NCBI RefSeq assembly: GCF_009914755.1
Contig: NC_060933.1
Length of the DNA stretch: 64,000 nt
From: the human T2T-CHM13v2.0 reference genome, Homo sapiens
Reading direction: 5' to 3' (one strand)
Positions 27,850 through 44,200 of the stretch are shown here, one piece after another. Within the stretch, counting starts at the first letter, position 1. The number at the start of each line of letters is the position of its first letter. The notes beneath the pieces are model-generated. The model ran no database searches and had not been told where the DNA came from. It saw only the letters and a list, made by a program, of their open reading frames with translations. The position numbers and the translations under genes were made by a program.

Positions 27850-29906
27850 ACATACTCATAATAATCTTTATGTCTCCATTGAGACAATTACAGCACATGA
27901 AAAAATGTGAAGACAGAGTATGTTGAATGTGGTGGGGGCCATGGGGAGGGCTGGCATTCTGTGTGTAAGCGAGCCTATATTTCATCTTCCACAGTGGGAG
28001 GTCAATAGATACTGCTGAAACAGGAAAACCAACAAGTAGCAATAAAGAATGATACTTAGTGATGAGCAGAGCAATACCAAAAGAAGAAGTTAAAAGAGAT
28101 GAAATGGGTGCCTCAGGGAACAGGAAATAGTGCCACATGGGTAAGGTGGGACTACTGTTTTTCACACATAGTAGCTTGAATCTTTTTCGTAATTTTTATA
28201 GAATTATCAACTCTTGTGACTAAATATTTGATTTTTGAAAAACAAAATTAAGTATATACATATTTTTAAAAGTCACCCAGATTATGCCATTGACTTCAAG
28301 GAGATTTTTCACTAAGTAAGCCCATTTCTTCTATTTTGCCTTGACATGCTCTGTAATAAACTGAACAGCTTAATTGTCATAGAAGTTGTGAAGAAAACAC
28401 ATTGAGAAAAACAACAGACTCATCTAAGGCCACAAAGTTAGTATGTGCCAGGTTTAGGGTGTGGGGCTTGTATTACACTCTGTTAATCATTGTTATATAT
28501 TTCATTGCCCTGTATAACTCTGGCTATTAGGGGCTTTTTTTTTTTTTTTTTTTTTTTTGAAACCCCATGAAAGATGTAACATTGGTCTCTATTGGATGCT
28601 TACGGGAAGGAAGAGTTTGGAAGGGGGGGTCTCACTAGCCCCTGAAAGCCAGATCTTATTGGGGAATCCTCTCCCAGTGGTGGGATAACCATGAAATATA
28701 GACTGTACAAATCTTATTCCAGTCTGATTTCACTAATAAAGAAAGATGGCTTTGCCGGTAAGAATACATGATAAGAGAAAGGTTTATCCATAATAATGTG
28801 AAGACGAAGGGTCAGATATTGCCAGGTGGGTGGGTTAATTGCAATTTAACGGCTGTTGAAAATGAATCGCCTTCTTTGACCTCCAGGTTCTGATCTGAGT
28901 TAATGATGTATCATAGTTCTTCAAGACATAGCTGTCGGGTGACTATAGTCCCAAGCAGAGTTCCTGACACCAAGAGAGGGACAGGCTCCACTAGCAGGTC
29001 CTGACATATTGTTATACCCTCTAAGACATGCCTACGTGTAAAAATTACCATGATTCTTATGCAGTTTAAAGCAGTGTCCACACTCAGTTGGTGTGATAAT
29101 TTCATGAAGTGATAGCAGCATCCCTAAAATTACACATAGCTTTTGAAATATAAAAGTATAAAAATGATGCTTTGCTGGACTATTAAAAATGTTTATGAGG
29201 TTCAAAGTTTCATCTGATAAATACATTCTCAGAGTCTTTCCAATAAAAAGAACTTTTCACTGAAATGAGTCCAACCCATTTTCATTATATTCCAAACAAG
29301 ATAGCAATTTTACCTATAATATTTAACTATGATTTATATAACTTTGAAACTTTCTAACACTGCAATAGTTCAAACTGCCTGTCTTTGAAAAATGCTTTGA
29401 AACTACATTTTCTTCAATAGAATGAGTCTTTCAAAATCTGTGTCTGGTAGAGGGTTAGATTTGTGAGAGTTACTTAAAGCAAAAAACAGATTTTTGCAAA
29501 AACAAAATAGGTGCATCTCACCCTTTTGTGTTCTTGAGCATTAGTAAAAAATGGGGGGTAGGAGACAGGAGGAAATAAAAGACATGATGTCAGTCCTTAT
29601 GTACAATCTCTGTTTATGTGCAAAAACTGGATTAGTAACTGTAGAACAGGAAAAGAGGTGGAAGACAGTTCTTTATACTAGTGTTCTTGAAATAAAAGGT
29701 TATTCGGCAATAATGCTTTAAGTAAAGTGCATAATTTATTTTGAAATCTAATTATAGCTTTTTTTGGTTTATGTTAGATCTATGAAGCTGATCAAAGTAG
29801 CACTTTTTCAGATCAACAGAAATCAGTCTCAAAAAGCAATTAAAGATTGATTTTTAAAGCATAAACAGTTTTCAATTTATTGCTTTTATTTTGATACTGC
29901 ATTTAA

Positions 29907-30239
<333 letters not shown>

Positions 30240-30597
30240 TAATTAATAAAGACTAATGCAGGCTTGCATTTTAGTTATGCATACCTAAGAGAGCGAGGAG
30301 TCTCTATATCCCTAGTGAGCTCTTTGTATCATCCTGAACAAAGCGAGTGACTTTCCCTGTGGTCTTCTCCCTTGGAGGGAATTCAGGGATCAAGTCAACC
30401 TCATGCACTTAGCAATTGAAACCTAGAGAAATAGAATAACTTCTGATTTACTTCTTCGCCTGAGCCCAGTTCAGGCAGAGAAGCTTTTCTAATGCTATAT
30501 ATACATATTTTCTCTAGTTAGGGGAAGAAACCCCAAATCTTGTCACTTTGGGATCAATCCTAATCAAGGTTATTTTTGTCTGTTAATTCATTTGTAG

Positions 30598-30735
<138 letters not shown>

Positions 30736-32533
30736 TAATCAGACTGGCATGTGTTTTTAATAGCAAATGATCATGGACGTACCTACGTTTGTTGCTGGGG
30801 CACTCTGGGTGCTGCTTAAATTTGTTAAAAAAAGTATATGCAGTGTTTTGTGCATACTCTATTAAGAAACATTATCAGCCTCTTTTACTGTTCAATTTCT
30901 GCTTAATAACTCTTGCTCATGCATGTTTTTTCTTTTAAGCTTCTTTTTCGATTTTGAGCTTGTCATTTTGTGCCTTCCTCTGTCTTTTTTCTGATAGAAT
31001 ATACTTTGGGCTGGTTGCTCCCTCTGGTTAATGTTTTAGCTTAAATTTTCGTAAATCAGTTTCTAAAACTTTCTTCCTCTATAAAAGCAATATGATGCTT
31101 TAAAGTTATGATACCTAAAGTATTTACTAGCTGTTCACAAATGCCTAATTGTACTGTTGATAAAATAAAACCTCATTCTTTTGTTATCAAGTTTCTGTGA
31201 GAAGGTAGGATTAGTCCTACTTAAATTACTGAAAATTATTATCACCGGTAGAAAACTTTTATTATTATTGTTTTAAATTTCTGTATACATTGAATCTAAG
31301 TTCAAAGATATCCCTCTTTTTAATTAAACATAAGTACATTGTTTTTCAGTATTGTAACTAATACAATATACATTTTGAAATTCCAAATTATGGCTTTTAG
31401 CATGAAGGTGTATATTCAGTAAAAACTATATAGACACTTCACGTCATTGTAAATTCTGAGCTGGCACGGTATAAATTAATGAGGTTTTACTCTATTTGGA
31501 TTAGAATTTGGATGAGAAAAACATGAACATGCATGTGTGTAAGTGTATGTCTGACTTACACACGTGTAGACCCATGGCCATAGCTGGTATCAATATGCTG
31601 GTTAACACTCACTCATAGCACACATTCAGTGTGTGATTGCTGGAGTGAATGATTGAAATCATCAGCTGTAATCCTTTATCATTGTTAGTACAATCACTAT
31701 GCCCAGTGGGTACTAAACTCATAATTTCTCATCATTTTGACCCACTCAGAAGCCTGAAGTCAATGTTATCTCCAAACATATGCAAGCACTTTCAACTGTA
31801 TGTCCTTAAATCAGCACCTAACCCAAAATTCATTTGAGCATGGTGGAAGGAATGATGGGCCCTGGGTGTGGGGACCTGGGCTGGTGGGAGGAAGGTAAGT
31901 GTGGCCCCTGCCCCACTGTGGTCCTTGTAGTGGTTGGTTCATAGCACAGGTCTACAAGTGTGTGTATCTACACATGCATGGACCTTATTTTGTGTAATAT
32001 ATATATGTACATTATATATATTATATATATATTATGTATATATATATGCATATGTATAATATATATAGGGTCTCCCCAAATTATATTTTAATTGAATTTT
32101 TATAGATGAAGTCACATATTAAAAACTTTTGTTTTCCAAAGACTATTTTAAGGAGGCCTGTGAGAGATATTTGGTAAAGCAAACAATTAAACTTTGCCCA
32201 TTTAAATTTAGTAATATCACATTTCTCAGAGTGAGGGACATAGTCACAACATACATGTGCAGAGTTCAGCTGCACAGGTGCTCAGTTGAGAGGAATGTCA
32301 CTGGTAACTGGAAATCTTTCCGTAAATTATGAAAGTGAATTGGGTCCTTTTATCGGCTTTGCTTCTTCCTAGGTAGTACTGTGGGAGGATTTACCTGAAT
32401 ACAAGTAAGGGGGTAATATCAGATTACCTGCTTTCTATTAAAAATATCCAAACTTGAGTTTTTTTCTCAGTTTCAGGTTAATATCTGTATGGTCACTAGG
32501 CTCTGAAAAATTGACCTTATCTGTCATAGTTTA

Positions 32534-32881
<348 letters not shown>

Positions 32882-33940
32882 ATATTAACAACCAAGATAA
32901 CCAGTGCAGAGACCCCACTCAGAGGGTTTGTCTGTTCCCTGGCTACAATACCTTAGATTTTTTTCTCCTCTTGTTTGATGAACACATACAGTCAAGAAGC
33001 AGTGCCTGAGAGGGAAGGGCCACTGTATTAAACATCAGGATTCAAGATTCTTGTTCCAGATCTGCCTTGCTCAGTAACCTTGATGAGCTCACTTAACCTC
33101 ATTGCACTTTGGTTTCTTCATCTGAAAAAAATGATGCTATTAGATCTCAAAGGTCTTTTCCAGTCCTTGATTTTGTAATTACCAAAGCCAGACTACATTA
33201 AAATGAACAGATGAAGCATTTTAAATACCCTCACTTAGGATAAGTACTCTGTTTAAAAATTCTACTTGATAATGTTTGTTTCCCCAAAGCATAAAGTGCT
33301 TTATATCTAAAGTTGAAATAATCCCTACTCTGTCCAGGCTTAGATTGGACCCCAAACATTTAAAAGATCTAAACATTGGCATCTAGGATCCTAGCAAAAA
33401 TGGACAACACTATCATGAAATGTGATACTTTCAAAGAGTATTTACTATTGACAATCAGTAATAAATGTTGATTTGTTATATTTATAATAATTCATCATCA
33501 GCAGCAACATTTATTGCATTGATCAGTTTGATCTGTTTTCGAAGTTATGTGAGATCAGGGCTTCAGGCAAAATTTTAAAAGTCATTTTTGTTATTTAGGA
33601 AAGAAGTGCTATCAAAAAGTATTCATTATTTTATTATTTTGAGTTTTTTTGGTGATGAATCTGTATAATATCAAGATACAGATATTAGAAACCAAAGTCA
33701 ACTTCAAATGAACTCTTTCCGCTGTCAGAAATCTCTTGGATCTGTTTGGAGCTGGTTTTCACTTATACTGAATAGATTTGAGAAATGACTGTAATGCAGG
33801 GGTCTTAAGTAGAACAGAGAAAGGAGTCTCTCTGAAGCTCTCTTTGGGGAGTTACATCCACCCTGATGATGATACAAAATACTGATGGATTCCAGAGTTT
33901 CTGATGATGTGTTTTTCTAAGCCAAACAATGGTTGAGTAA

Positions 33941-34336
<396 letters not shown>

Positions 34337-34399
34337 TAACTGACACTTTTGTATGTGGGGAGAAGATAAAGTCTATCATTCACCTGTTGACAAAATCAT

Positions 34400-34745
34400 G
34401 TATACAATAAGCCATCCCCCAACCTAGTGGCTTAAAACTCCATTATTTAGTGTTGCTCATGGATCCATAGGTCAGCGGAGTGGTTTTATTTTGCATGTAT
34501 TTATTGTGGAATTCAGGGTCATGAAGCAGCAGCTACATAGGAGATGTGCCTGTTATGATAAGTGTGGAGTGAAAGAGGACAACTGCAACGATGTGAGGCT
34601 TCCTAAGGCCTAGATTCAGGGCTGGTGCACTGGACTGTCTCTTCAGCTTATCTGCCATTGGCCAAAGCAAGTCACAGGGCCAAAGCCAAGTTAAGGGGCA
34701 GGGAGTTGTACTCCTCCCAAGAAGGTGATGAGGAAATTAATAATT
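34400..34745. mobile_element. MLT1-type (ERVL-MaLR) LTR remnant
   Basis: cccccaacctagtggcttaaaac ... ccattggccaaagcaagtcacagggccaagcc. Confidence 0.55.
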
Positions 34746-36830
34746 TTGAACAGTTATCTGATACACACTGGATTAATAACTACTCCAGGATGCTTGGGTA
34801 TCTTATGAGAAAAGGGTTATTATTATTATTTCCATCACTGTTGCAAGTATTTAATGAGATTTTGTACCCACAATGGCAAAACCCATGCAAAACCGCAAGC
34901 GCAGGAACTGTGTATGGTTGGCTCGTGATGCATTTAAGATTTATTTTCTAGCCTCTTACCTAATTCAAAAAGGAGAATTCTGGTTTCTCATCCATGGATG
35001 AGAAATTAGTGTCTTGGACTGTTTTGCTTACCCGGGCTGACTGAGCTGAGTGATTCTTTTATTGGCTCCGGAGCTGTTTTCCTAGGAGTGGTAATAGTGC
35101 TTCTCTGGCCAAAGGCTAGGACTGCGGAAAGGATGGCTAGCATCAGGGGTCTACTCTGGGCACAGCAGGAGCGTGTCAGTGTGAGCTTCAGGAACAGTGG
35201 GACAAGTGTCATGCATTTACCTGCTTCAGATGCTGTCCTTCAGTGGAGTGTTCTTACCTACTCAGTCTCATTGCCCAAATGCTTGCTACCAATGTGGTGG
35301 CCAAGGCCTGTGTTTGGATGTTGGGAGCTGTACATGAATAGAGTTCCTCATCAGAGTAGCTCTGAGTCAGTCAAAGTCATGCAAAGATGACTTGGTGGAG
35401 AGAAGGGAAAATAGAACCCTGGGGAGACTTGTAAGGCAGGGGCTGCTTGGGCTGCATGTACCTGTGTGGCTCCCAGGGCCCCCCCACCAGCAAAGGTGAT
35501 CCATGCAAAGCCATCTCTGCAAAACAATAAACAAGAATGCAGTCCTTCTCATTACATGATAAGTTCCTATTATTTTGCTCTTCACTAGACCTCTTTTTAA
35601 ATGCACAAGCTTGCTTAGTATATTCAAAATGTGATTTGGAATATGTGTTTGATTTATAAACAGTAGCCCTTCAGGAGCACATAAAACAAGCAATATTTGG
35701 ATGCAAAACCCAGACACCCCTGGCTGTTGCTGTCTTTTCCATTAAATCTTCCTCTTAATTGAGAGTTTAGCTGCTTGGCTATGGTTGCTGCAGTAAATCC
35801 CTAGCTTGCAGTGTGCAGGAAGTCATGTTTGAGGGAATAATAGCTTCACAGTTAAATCCAGAGACACTGATTTAGGACAGTAGCTTTTTGCTTGTTCTTA
35901 CATAAACTTTTTATTTCTGAATAATTTTAGATCTGTAGAAAAGTTGCAAAGATAGTATAGAGCGTTCACAGCCTTATCACCTCCCCCACCATTGTTAATA
36001 TCTTACATTACTTTGGTACATTTGTCACAAATGAGAAACTAATATTGGTACATTACTAACAACTGAACTTCAGACTTATTTGAATTTCACCAGTGGCCCT
36101 TTGAAACTCTTGGGGGCAAAACTTGATTCAGAGTGAAGGTCTGCAGTGAAAAGCTGTCAGAAGTGGTCTGAGTCTTTTGATATCAATGCACAGTACTGTT
36201 GGTGTAAAGCCAGTAGCTTCTGTTTTGGAAAGGATTTTGATGTCTTTCCTTTTGAACATTTCTATATGGTACTGATATTTGGTAGAGCTGAACTCTTCTT
36301 ATCCATGTGGCCTCATTTTCATTGATCATTTCTGCTAGTTTTTACTTAGCTTGTGATGGGGAAGAATTGTTTTCTGGTATAAGAATAACTTGGTGCTTCT
36401 CAAACATTCCCTTTAAAAGAAATAATTATTTATAAAAAATACAACTTAGGCTAAATTTTATAAATATGTTTCCTCCCCTTCTTTCTTTCCATCTTCTTGT
36501 TCATGAATTTATTAGGTCCTTAAAATATTAATAACTGCTTTCAGAAAAGCCCGTTTTTTTGTTCTCTTTAAGTATTTACTTAAGTGTCAGCTATCAAGGA
36601 GTAATAAATGAAAGTGGAAATGAAGGAGACTTGGCCCAGGGTGACAGTGGATATAAATGGCCCTAGTGGGCCATAAACCAGTGTGACCGATTAGAGATTG
36701 ACCCCACTTGGCTTGGGAAATAGAATCGTTGTGGGTATTTATGAGACTCACAACCATAGCACACAGACAATGACCTTTCTTAGAATTGCTTCCTTTCTCT
36801 ATTAACCTCCTTTAAAACTAAAGAAAAATA

Positions 36831-37231
<401 letters not shown>

Positions 37232-37533
37232 TCAAGTTTGGCTTTATATTCCATTAATATTTCTACTATTATCATATGATAATTGATGAAGAAGTTTAGC
37301 TCTCACAAATATTTTTTATAAGAAATTTCAGCTACTTTCTCCCAGTTGTTTTGGTAAGATCCCCCCCTTCCCTTTTTTTATTTGTTATATTGGAAGTTTC
37401 CCGGCTTACAAGGAAGCAGGCAGCCTGGGCTCACTGTGAAGCTAGTTGCATTTCCATACAGAGCCATAATTAATGTGACATCTCTGGTGTCGCTTAGCGT
37501 ATGTGCACCTCATTCAGCTTAGAGCAGATTTCT

Positions 37534-37872
<339 letters not shown>

Positions 37873-40800
37873 TCATTTTGCTTAGGAACTTGTTTTTGAA
37901 AAGAGAGAATAAAGACTATTGAAAGAAACTGAAGCATAAATAAACCAAAAGTCTCCAAAACAAAAATTGGTGAAGAGGAATGGACCAATTGGATGTAATG
38001 ACAGTCCTCATAACCTTTACTTCCGCTTGGGATGCAGACACTAGACGAGGTGGCAGACACTCTGTTCTCTACTTGGAGGAAGGATGGGGAAGTTCGACCT
38101 CAAGACAGCGGCAGCCCAGTCCAAGGGGGTGCCAGTCACAGCGTGTGAGGATGTGAGGCAGGCATTAAAAGAGAGCGGCCCAGCAAACCAAGATCCCCGT
38201 GTAATGTATCTTGAGAGTGCTGGGCCTTGCAGACTCTGCCATTTCCCCAGCCAGCAGGCTAATGTGGAAGGACAGGTGCTAGCAGATCTTCAGATGTCAG
38301 CAGGACCCCAGACACCAAGCCAGCGCCCTTCCCCATCTGTTAATCACTGGTAGCCTGGCTAGTAACTGAGAAAGAGAAAAGACCTTCCCAGACTCCAGAT
38401 ACTAAATCGATCACTTTGGGTCCCACATTTAAGAATTGAACTTAGCTCTGGTTAGTTTGGGATTGTGTTTAAGGCAAAAAATGCAAACTTTCAGCTTCAA
38501 AATGAAATCTAGAAAACCATGATGTTTCTCTTCCAGCACACTGAAGAGTACAACTTGTGACAATCAGACTACAGGAGTTTTATGTTACTTTTGTTTTCCA
38601 TCATGTCTTTAAAATCGATTCAGTATGAGAGATCTTCCCTGGTTCCCAGAACAGTAGCTTCCTGCCCCTTGTTGCACATTTGAATCAACTGGAGACTTTT
38701 TGTCACTATTTTGTTTGATTACATTTTTAAATACACATTCCTGGGGCCTAGCTTTAGCAACTCAGATTCCGTGGCTCTGGGATGGGAGTTGGGCTTTGGC
38801 TTTTTTTGTTTTTAAGGTCCCTAGTGATTCTAATGAGCAACCAGGAGTGAGCCTCACTGATTGGAGGAGAACTCTGAGCTGTGTAACATTTTTCTGCTTT
38901 TGATTGAGTGACAAACAATCCTTTGGTTATTTTCAGCTGCAGATAGAATCTCAATTGAGAAATGGCATGTCCCACCTGAGCTAGAAATGAAAACTCTGGA
39001 TTTGAGCTCGTGGCCAGTCTCCTGTCCTCCCCAAGTTCAGGCTGGCAGTATGGGGTCAGGGATGGAGTTTGTTGAAGTTTCAGTGTCCCTGCTGCCCAGG
39101 TGAAAGGGGGTGGAGAAGGAGATGACAGGGTAGTTGGCTCACTAGTGGCTTTGTGCTCTTGGAACCTGGGAATGTTCAATGCTGATGTGCCGACTTTCTT
39201 TCCTGGATACCTTTGTGGGCTTTTGGAGATTTCTCTCTCTGTATTTCCCATGACATGAACAAATGTGCCTCTGCTCCAGCTGGCACAAGCAACTCCTAAC
39301 TCCAGGAAAGTACTTTATGTTGTTGGGGTCCCTCAGCAGGACCTGACTCCCCACAAAGACTTTCTCCTGTGCTGCCTCTGGACTGCAGGGGACACTCATA
39401 GTCTCTTGTCCCCTAGGTGTACAGGTCAAGCCAAATGCCACCTATACCCCATGGCTGCAGGTTTCTTTCACCTTCTCTGGCAAGGGTCAGGCCTTGTCCT
39501 CTGAGCCATCCGTTTGCAGAGAACATAATTCAACTCTCAGAGTGGTTCCATGGAAGCCCCTTGGTGGGGTGGTGTCAGAGCAGCACTTCCCTAAAGAAAC
39601 TTCTTTATAAATCCTTCCTTGTTCTCTCCTTCCGGGGATATCTTACACTCTCAAGGTGAATCAGACATTTCCAAGGACATGGGTCCAGTTCTCAGCCAGT
39701 TCCTTTGTGATTTCTGCCTCTGAGTGCCTCACATCACTTTGGTATAAGTTACTGAGGCAGGAAGAGTCTCACTTAACATCCTATTATGCTAGAATCTAGG
39801 GATTTTGAACAATGTGCCAGCTGTCTTTGGAGGTATGAGAAACAGAGGGTCCTGGGCTACCCCTTGCAGCGAGTTGTAACACTTGAGACAACGTAGACCC
39901 TACCTCTTAGGAAGGTGGCAGGGGTGGGGTGCAGGATGGTGGGAATAAAACACAGCCTCTTGCCCATATAACAAAAGACACCCTAGCCAACCATAAAATA
40001 TAAAAGGTGGAGAAACACTTGGCTGCTTATTCCTGTCCCCTGTTCCTCTTTGAGGTTGCCTTTATTCTGGTTGTAAGACATCAGCTTCTCATTCCCAGGG
40101 ATGTCCCTGCCTTGATATTAGGCAGGACCCAGATGAAGGTATGCAGAAAATATAGGCAATGGAGGACAAAGACACCTCTTTAAATCTTCTTTCTTGTGGA
40201 AGCCAGGGAACAGAGACTATTAAATGGAATAGGTGGAACCTCTAAGATTTTACTTCTAATGAGATAAACTTTCACTTATTCTCAATTCAAATGACTCATT
40301 CAGATCTGATGTTTGAACTTGGAATCCTGAGCATAGTTAGCCTCCACTTTCCATATTATTTAAAGAGCAGCTTTGCTGCAGTGGGAAGGGTTTGGGTTTT
40401 GAACTCAGATCTGATTCAGTCACAGATCTGAGTTCCATCCTCCATGATCTTTGCGGCTTTGAGCAATTTTCTTAACACCTTGGAGTGTGAAGCGTGACTT
40501 TCCTTCTCCATAAAGTGTAGGGTTCTAGCCCCAAGTAGAGGCCATCTGCCTGTCATGTGTCAGCCCCAGCTTAGAAGGTTGCCGCCTTGAGGCTGAGCAT
40601 ATCTGAAGTGCCGATGCAGTGCCTGACACATGATAGGCAGGTGCTCAGTGTTATTTATCCTCTCCTTAGGTAGGCATTGAGAATATGATAAAGGAGGCGA
40701 ACATTCCCCACCTCCCTTTGTGTTTATGCCCTGTAGCCATTAGGGAGCAGCTTTCTACCCAGAAATGCTTTTATCTCAGACTAACTCTGCCCTTCCTTAT

Positions 40801-40878
40801 TCAGAAGCATGGGCTTGCCCAGAAAAAGGATCTTGAGACTCTATCATTTTACTACCTGAGCTTTCTAGACTTGGCCCT

Positions 40879-41238
40879 TGATATGATTTGGCTATGTCCC
40901 CACACAAATCTCATCTTGAATTGTAGCTCCCATGATTTCCACGTGTGGTGGGAGGGACCTAATGGGAGGTAATTGAATCATGGGGTGGATTTTTCCTGTG
41001 CTGTTCTCATGACAGTGAATAAGTCTTATGAGATCTGATGGTTTGATGAAAGGAAGTTCCCCTGCACACACTCTTGCCTGCTGCCATGTAAGACGTGTCT
41101 TGCTTCCCCTTCACTTTCTGCCATGATTGTGAGGCCTCCCCAGCCATATGGAACTATGAGTCAATGAAACCTCTTTCCTTTATAAATTACCCAGTCCTGC
41201 GTATGTCTTTATTAGCAGCATGCAAACAGGCTAATACA
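40879..41238 (+). mobile_element. THE1 solo LTR (ERVL-MaLR), 360 bp
   Basis: TG...CA termini (tgatatgatttggct ... ctaataca) and a 5-bp TSD gccct. Confidence 0.93.
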
Positions 41239-41496
41239 GCCCTTTAAGGAGAAAATTAAGTCAAAAATTTGACCCACCTTTCAGAGGGTGGGTCAGTCTT
41301 AGATCTTTCTGCTGTCTAAGCTCTTTTCCCCCTTCTCCTTTTCATTTGGAATGTAGCCTAGAAATGTGCTGTTGGGGACAAAACCAATCTCCTGTCCTTT
41401 CTTCTTTTTTGTAGCTATGGTCAAAGATACCCTGACTCCAATATTTAGGTACCTGGCTATTACTTTGTGTTTCATTAAAAAAATTGTCATTTTTTT

Positions 41497-41600
41497 GCTG
41501 AGTGCAGTGGATCCCTTGAGGCTGGGAGTTCCAGGCCAGTCTGGTCAACAAAGTGAGACCCCGTGTCTATGAAAAATAAAAAGAAATAAAAATAAAAATT
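41497..41600 (+). mobile_element. Alu monomer/FLAM fragment
   Basis: ttgaggctgggagttccaggccagtctggtcaac...gagaccccg plus an A-rich tail. Confidence 0.65.
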
Positions 41601-41663
41601 GTCGTCCTTCATGCTCACTGAGACCTTTTGACTCTGGTAAAACTTCTCAGTGTGTTGTTAAAT

Positions 41664-41830
41664 CAGGGCTTCTCGAACTTTAATGCACATACCAAACTCC
41701 TGGGGACCCTGTTAAAATGAAGATTATGATTCAATGGATTTGAAAATGGGCCAAACTAATGTATTTCTAACAAGCTCCCCGATGATGCCAGTACTGCTGG
41801 TCCATGGATCATACTTTGCTTAGTGAGGAT
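41664..41830. mobile_element. MER5-like MITE
   Basis: cagggcttctcgaacttt...tttctaacaagctcccc...catactttg. Confidence 0.65.
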
Positions 41831-44021
41831 GCCCTGCAGAAGCTGGAGGGACCACTGGAAGAACTGGTCAGGCATCCATCAAGATGACCTCACTGACTTT
41901 CCCTGAGGATATCAAATAGTAATAACAATACAAATATAGAATAGATGGTGCACAGAGATGCCCTTTAATTGGTTTTGGCATAAAGTTGGATGAATTCAAT
42001 ATGTGGCTTAAGAAGGCTAGGGAGAGTGAACAAAAAGTAGAGACAGCAGTTGCAGGCACGTACACACACACAGGGTGGGGTTATCTGAGGAATCTTCAAA
42101 AGTTCTCATGTATCCTATTTAGCTTACCAGCCAAAAAGAAAGACTTGTCTAAGATGAAATTGATCCACTGTATGTCAGTCATTGAAATTCAATCCTCCAT
42201 ATAAAAATCCCTTCATGAACCAGAAAGTGTACATGGAGACTGAGTGGAGATTAGAAGTGATGAAGGTTTCTTTTTGAGTAGAATTTGAGGCAGAAATTAA
42301 TGGCAGAGAGATCACTTATGATTTGTTGTGAGGAAGAAACCTGAAGCCTTTGTTAGCATTTTCTGATCAGATAGCCCAAGTTGCAACAATTTTGAAGGCC
42401 AGGTAGTCCTATAAATGTGAACATCACGTTGATGCAAAGTAGATTCTGTTCAGAATCATTACCCAAGTGATTTAACCCTTTGGCTTGGAACAAACCTAAC
42501 CAGAGCACCAGATGATAAAATACCCTCGTTTTAAAGCTTACCATTCTTTAGGCAGTACATAAAGAGTGTCTGTATGGCCCACTCATTCAGGAAGAATGTC
42601 ACAGCTCAAGAATGCTCATTCACACAAGCAGTGGGAGTCAGTGACTTGCGCTTCCTAATTCGGGAGCTCCTGTCTCCTATGCGAAATGCGCGTCAGGAAC
42701 AAACTATAAATATTGGAAGAGCTTTTCCCACAGCTTCTCCTTCCGTGCTGTTTTATCGAAAGATTCATGACATCTGGATGAACTAGAGCTCTCTGCGGCA
42801 CTTAGAATGCCCCACACTGGTGGATTTAGATTTGGTGTACTTAGTCTAAAGAACGAGGGGAGAGGAAATTTCTCCAAATGTTATGCATTAAATAAAGCTC
42901 TCCTGGCTTTATACTATTTGTTCCTTTGGTCTTTTGTCAGGACCTATTTCTTGTCCTGGAGGTGAAGGAGAGAAATTTATGTCTGCTTTTCTGCCTTAAA
43001 TAACTGAGAAGAGAATGATTTGGCCATACATTCAGAATAATGATAATTAAGATTTATACTTAAATAGCTTCTTATACCTCAGGAGTGCTAATGTTAGTTA
43101 ATTATGCTTCCCAAAGCTCCTGAGGAATTGCCAGAGCCAATGCTATTATCCTCTCCTGTCTTATAGAAGACTCCATTGTTACAGAAAAAGTGGAGACTCC
43201 CACTGCTATATAGCAAATGAGTGGTTCAGCCAGAAAGGAAACCAGATATTGCAATGCCAATTTCAGGCGCTGAGTTCAGCCTGCCCTTCTGAAAGAGAAG
43301 AGAAGAACCTGAAAATCAAAAGGCTGATCCCCCCATGAGTGAGAAAATACTGTCGGCAAAGCAAGGACAGTTTATTTGAATAGAACAAATCTTTTGTAAT
43401 TGCCTTATCATATGGAATTCTTTGAAATATTTTTCAGGATCACATGATCACATTAAATAGAGTCTGCAAATAGAATGGATAGAAAAGTCTTTTCTCTCTC
43501 TCTTTTTCTTTAGGTAGAGCATTAGAGGGAGACTAAAAGTTTAAAGGAAGGAAACAGATGTGTCTTCCTGGCCTCCCCATTATTTTTTATCTTGTTAGCA
43601 GAATGGAAAATGAACCCTACTGTCAGGCTACCTCTCTTCCCACAATATATTTTTTTTTATCCAACAAACCTGTTTTTCCTTTAACTATAGAGTCTTAACA
43701 GTTGAAATGTCATAAAGATGTTTTCTCTTTCATCAAGATTTACATAAAGTCATAAGATTATTCATGAGCTATAAGTGAGTTTAGAAGATGGAAATAAAAA
43801 GGTCCTATTTTAGGTTATTTTGCATGGAATTAGGAGGATGGTGCAGTGCTTGGGTTTGATGCTGTTGGGGAAAGAGGAAAGTGATTCCATCTTTGATGTG
43901 TGGAAGACCAAATGCCCTCAGGGCTCATCTGCCTCTTGGAGGTGCAGACCTCACTGGCTCCCTGGGAAGCTTTGTCAGGAGTGCGGCTGTGGCTGTGATA
44001 CAGTTGCTATCCTTCTTTTAC

Positions 44022-44200
44022 TATTTTTTTCAACTTGTATTTTAGAATCGGGGTGCATGTACAGGTTTGTTACGTGGGTCTATTATGTGATGCTGAGGAT
44101 GGGGATGTGACTGAACCTGTACCCAGCTAATAAGCATGGTATCCAATAGGCAGTTTTTCAGCCTTCCCCCCCATCCGTCTCTCTCCATCTTCAGTAGTCC
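44022..44200 (-). mobile_element. L1P 3'-end fragment
   Basis: catgtacaggtttgttacgtggg...aataggcagtttttcagcc. Confidence 0.75.

Noticed and set aside
31995-32067. AT-rich self-complementary tract
   Set aside because: It is a degenerate (TA)n microsatellite that is trivially palindromic.
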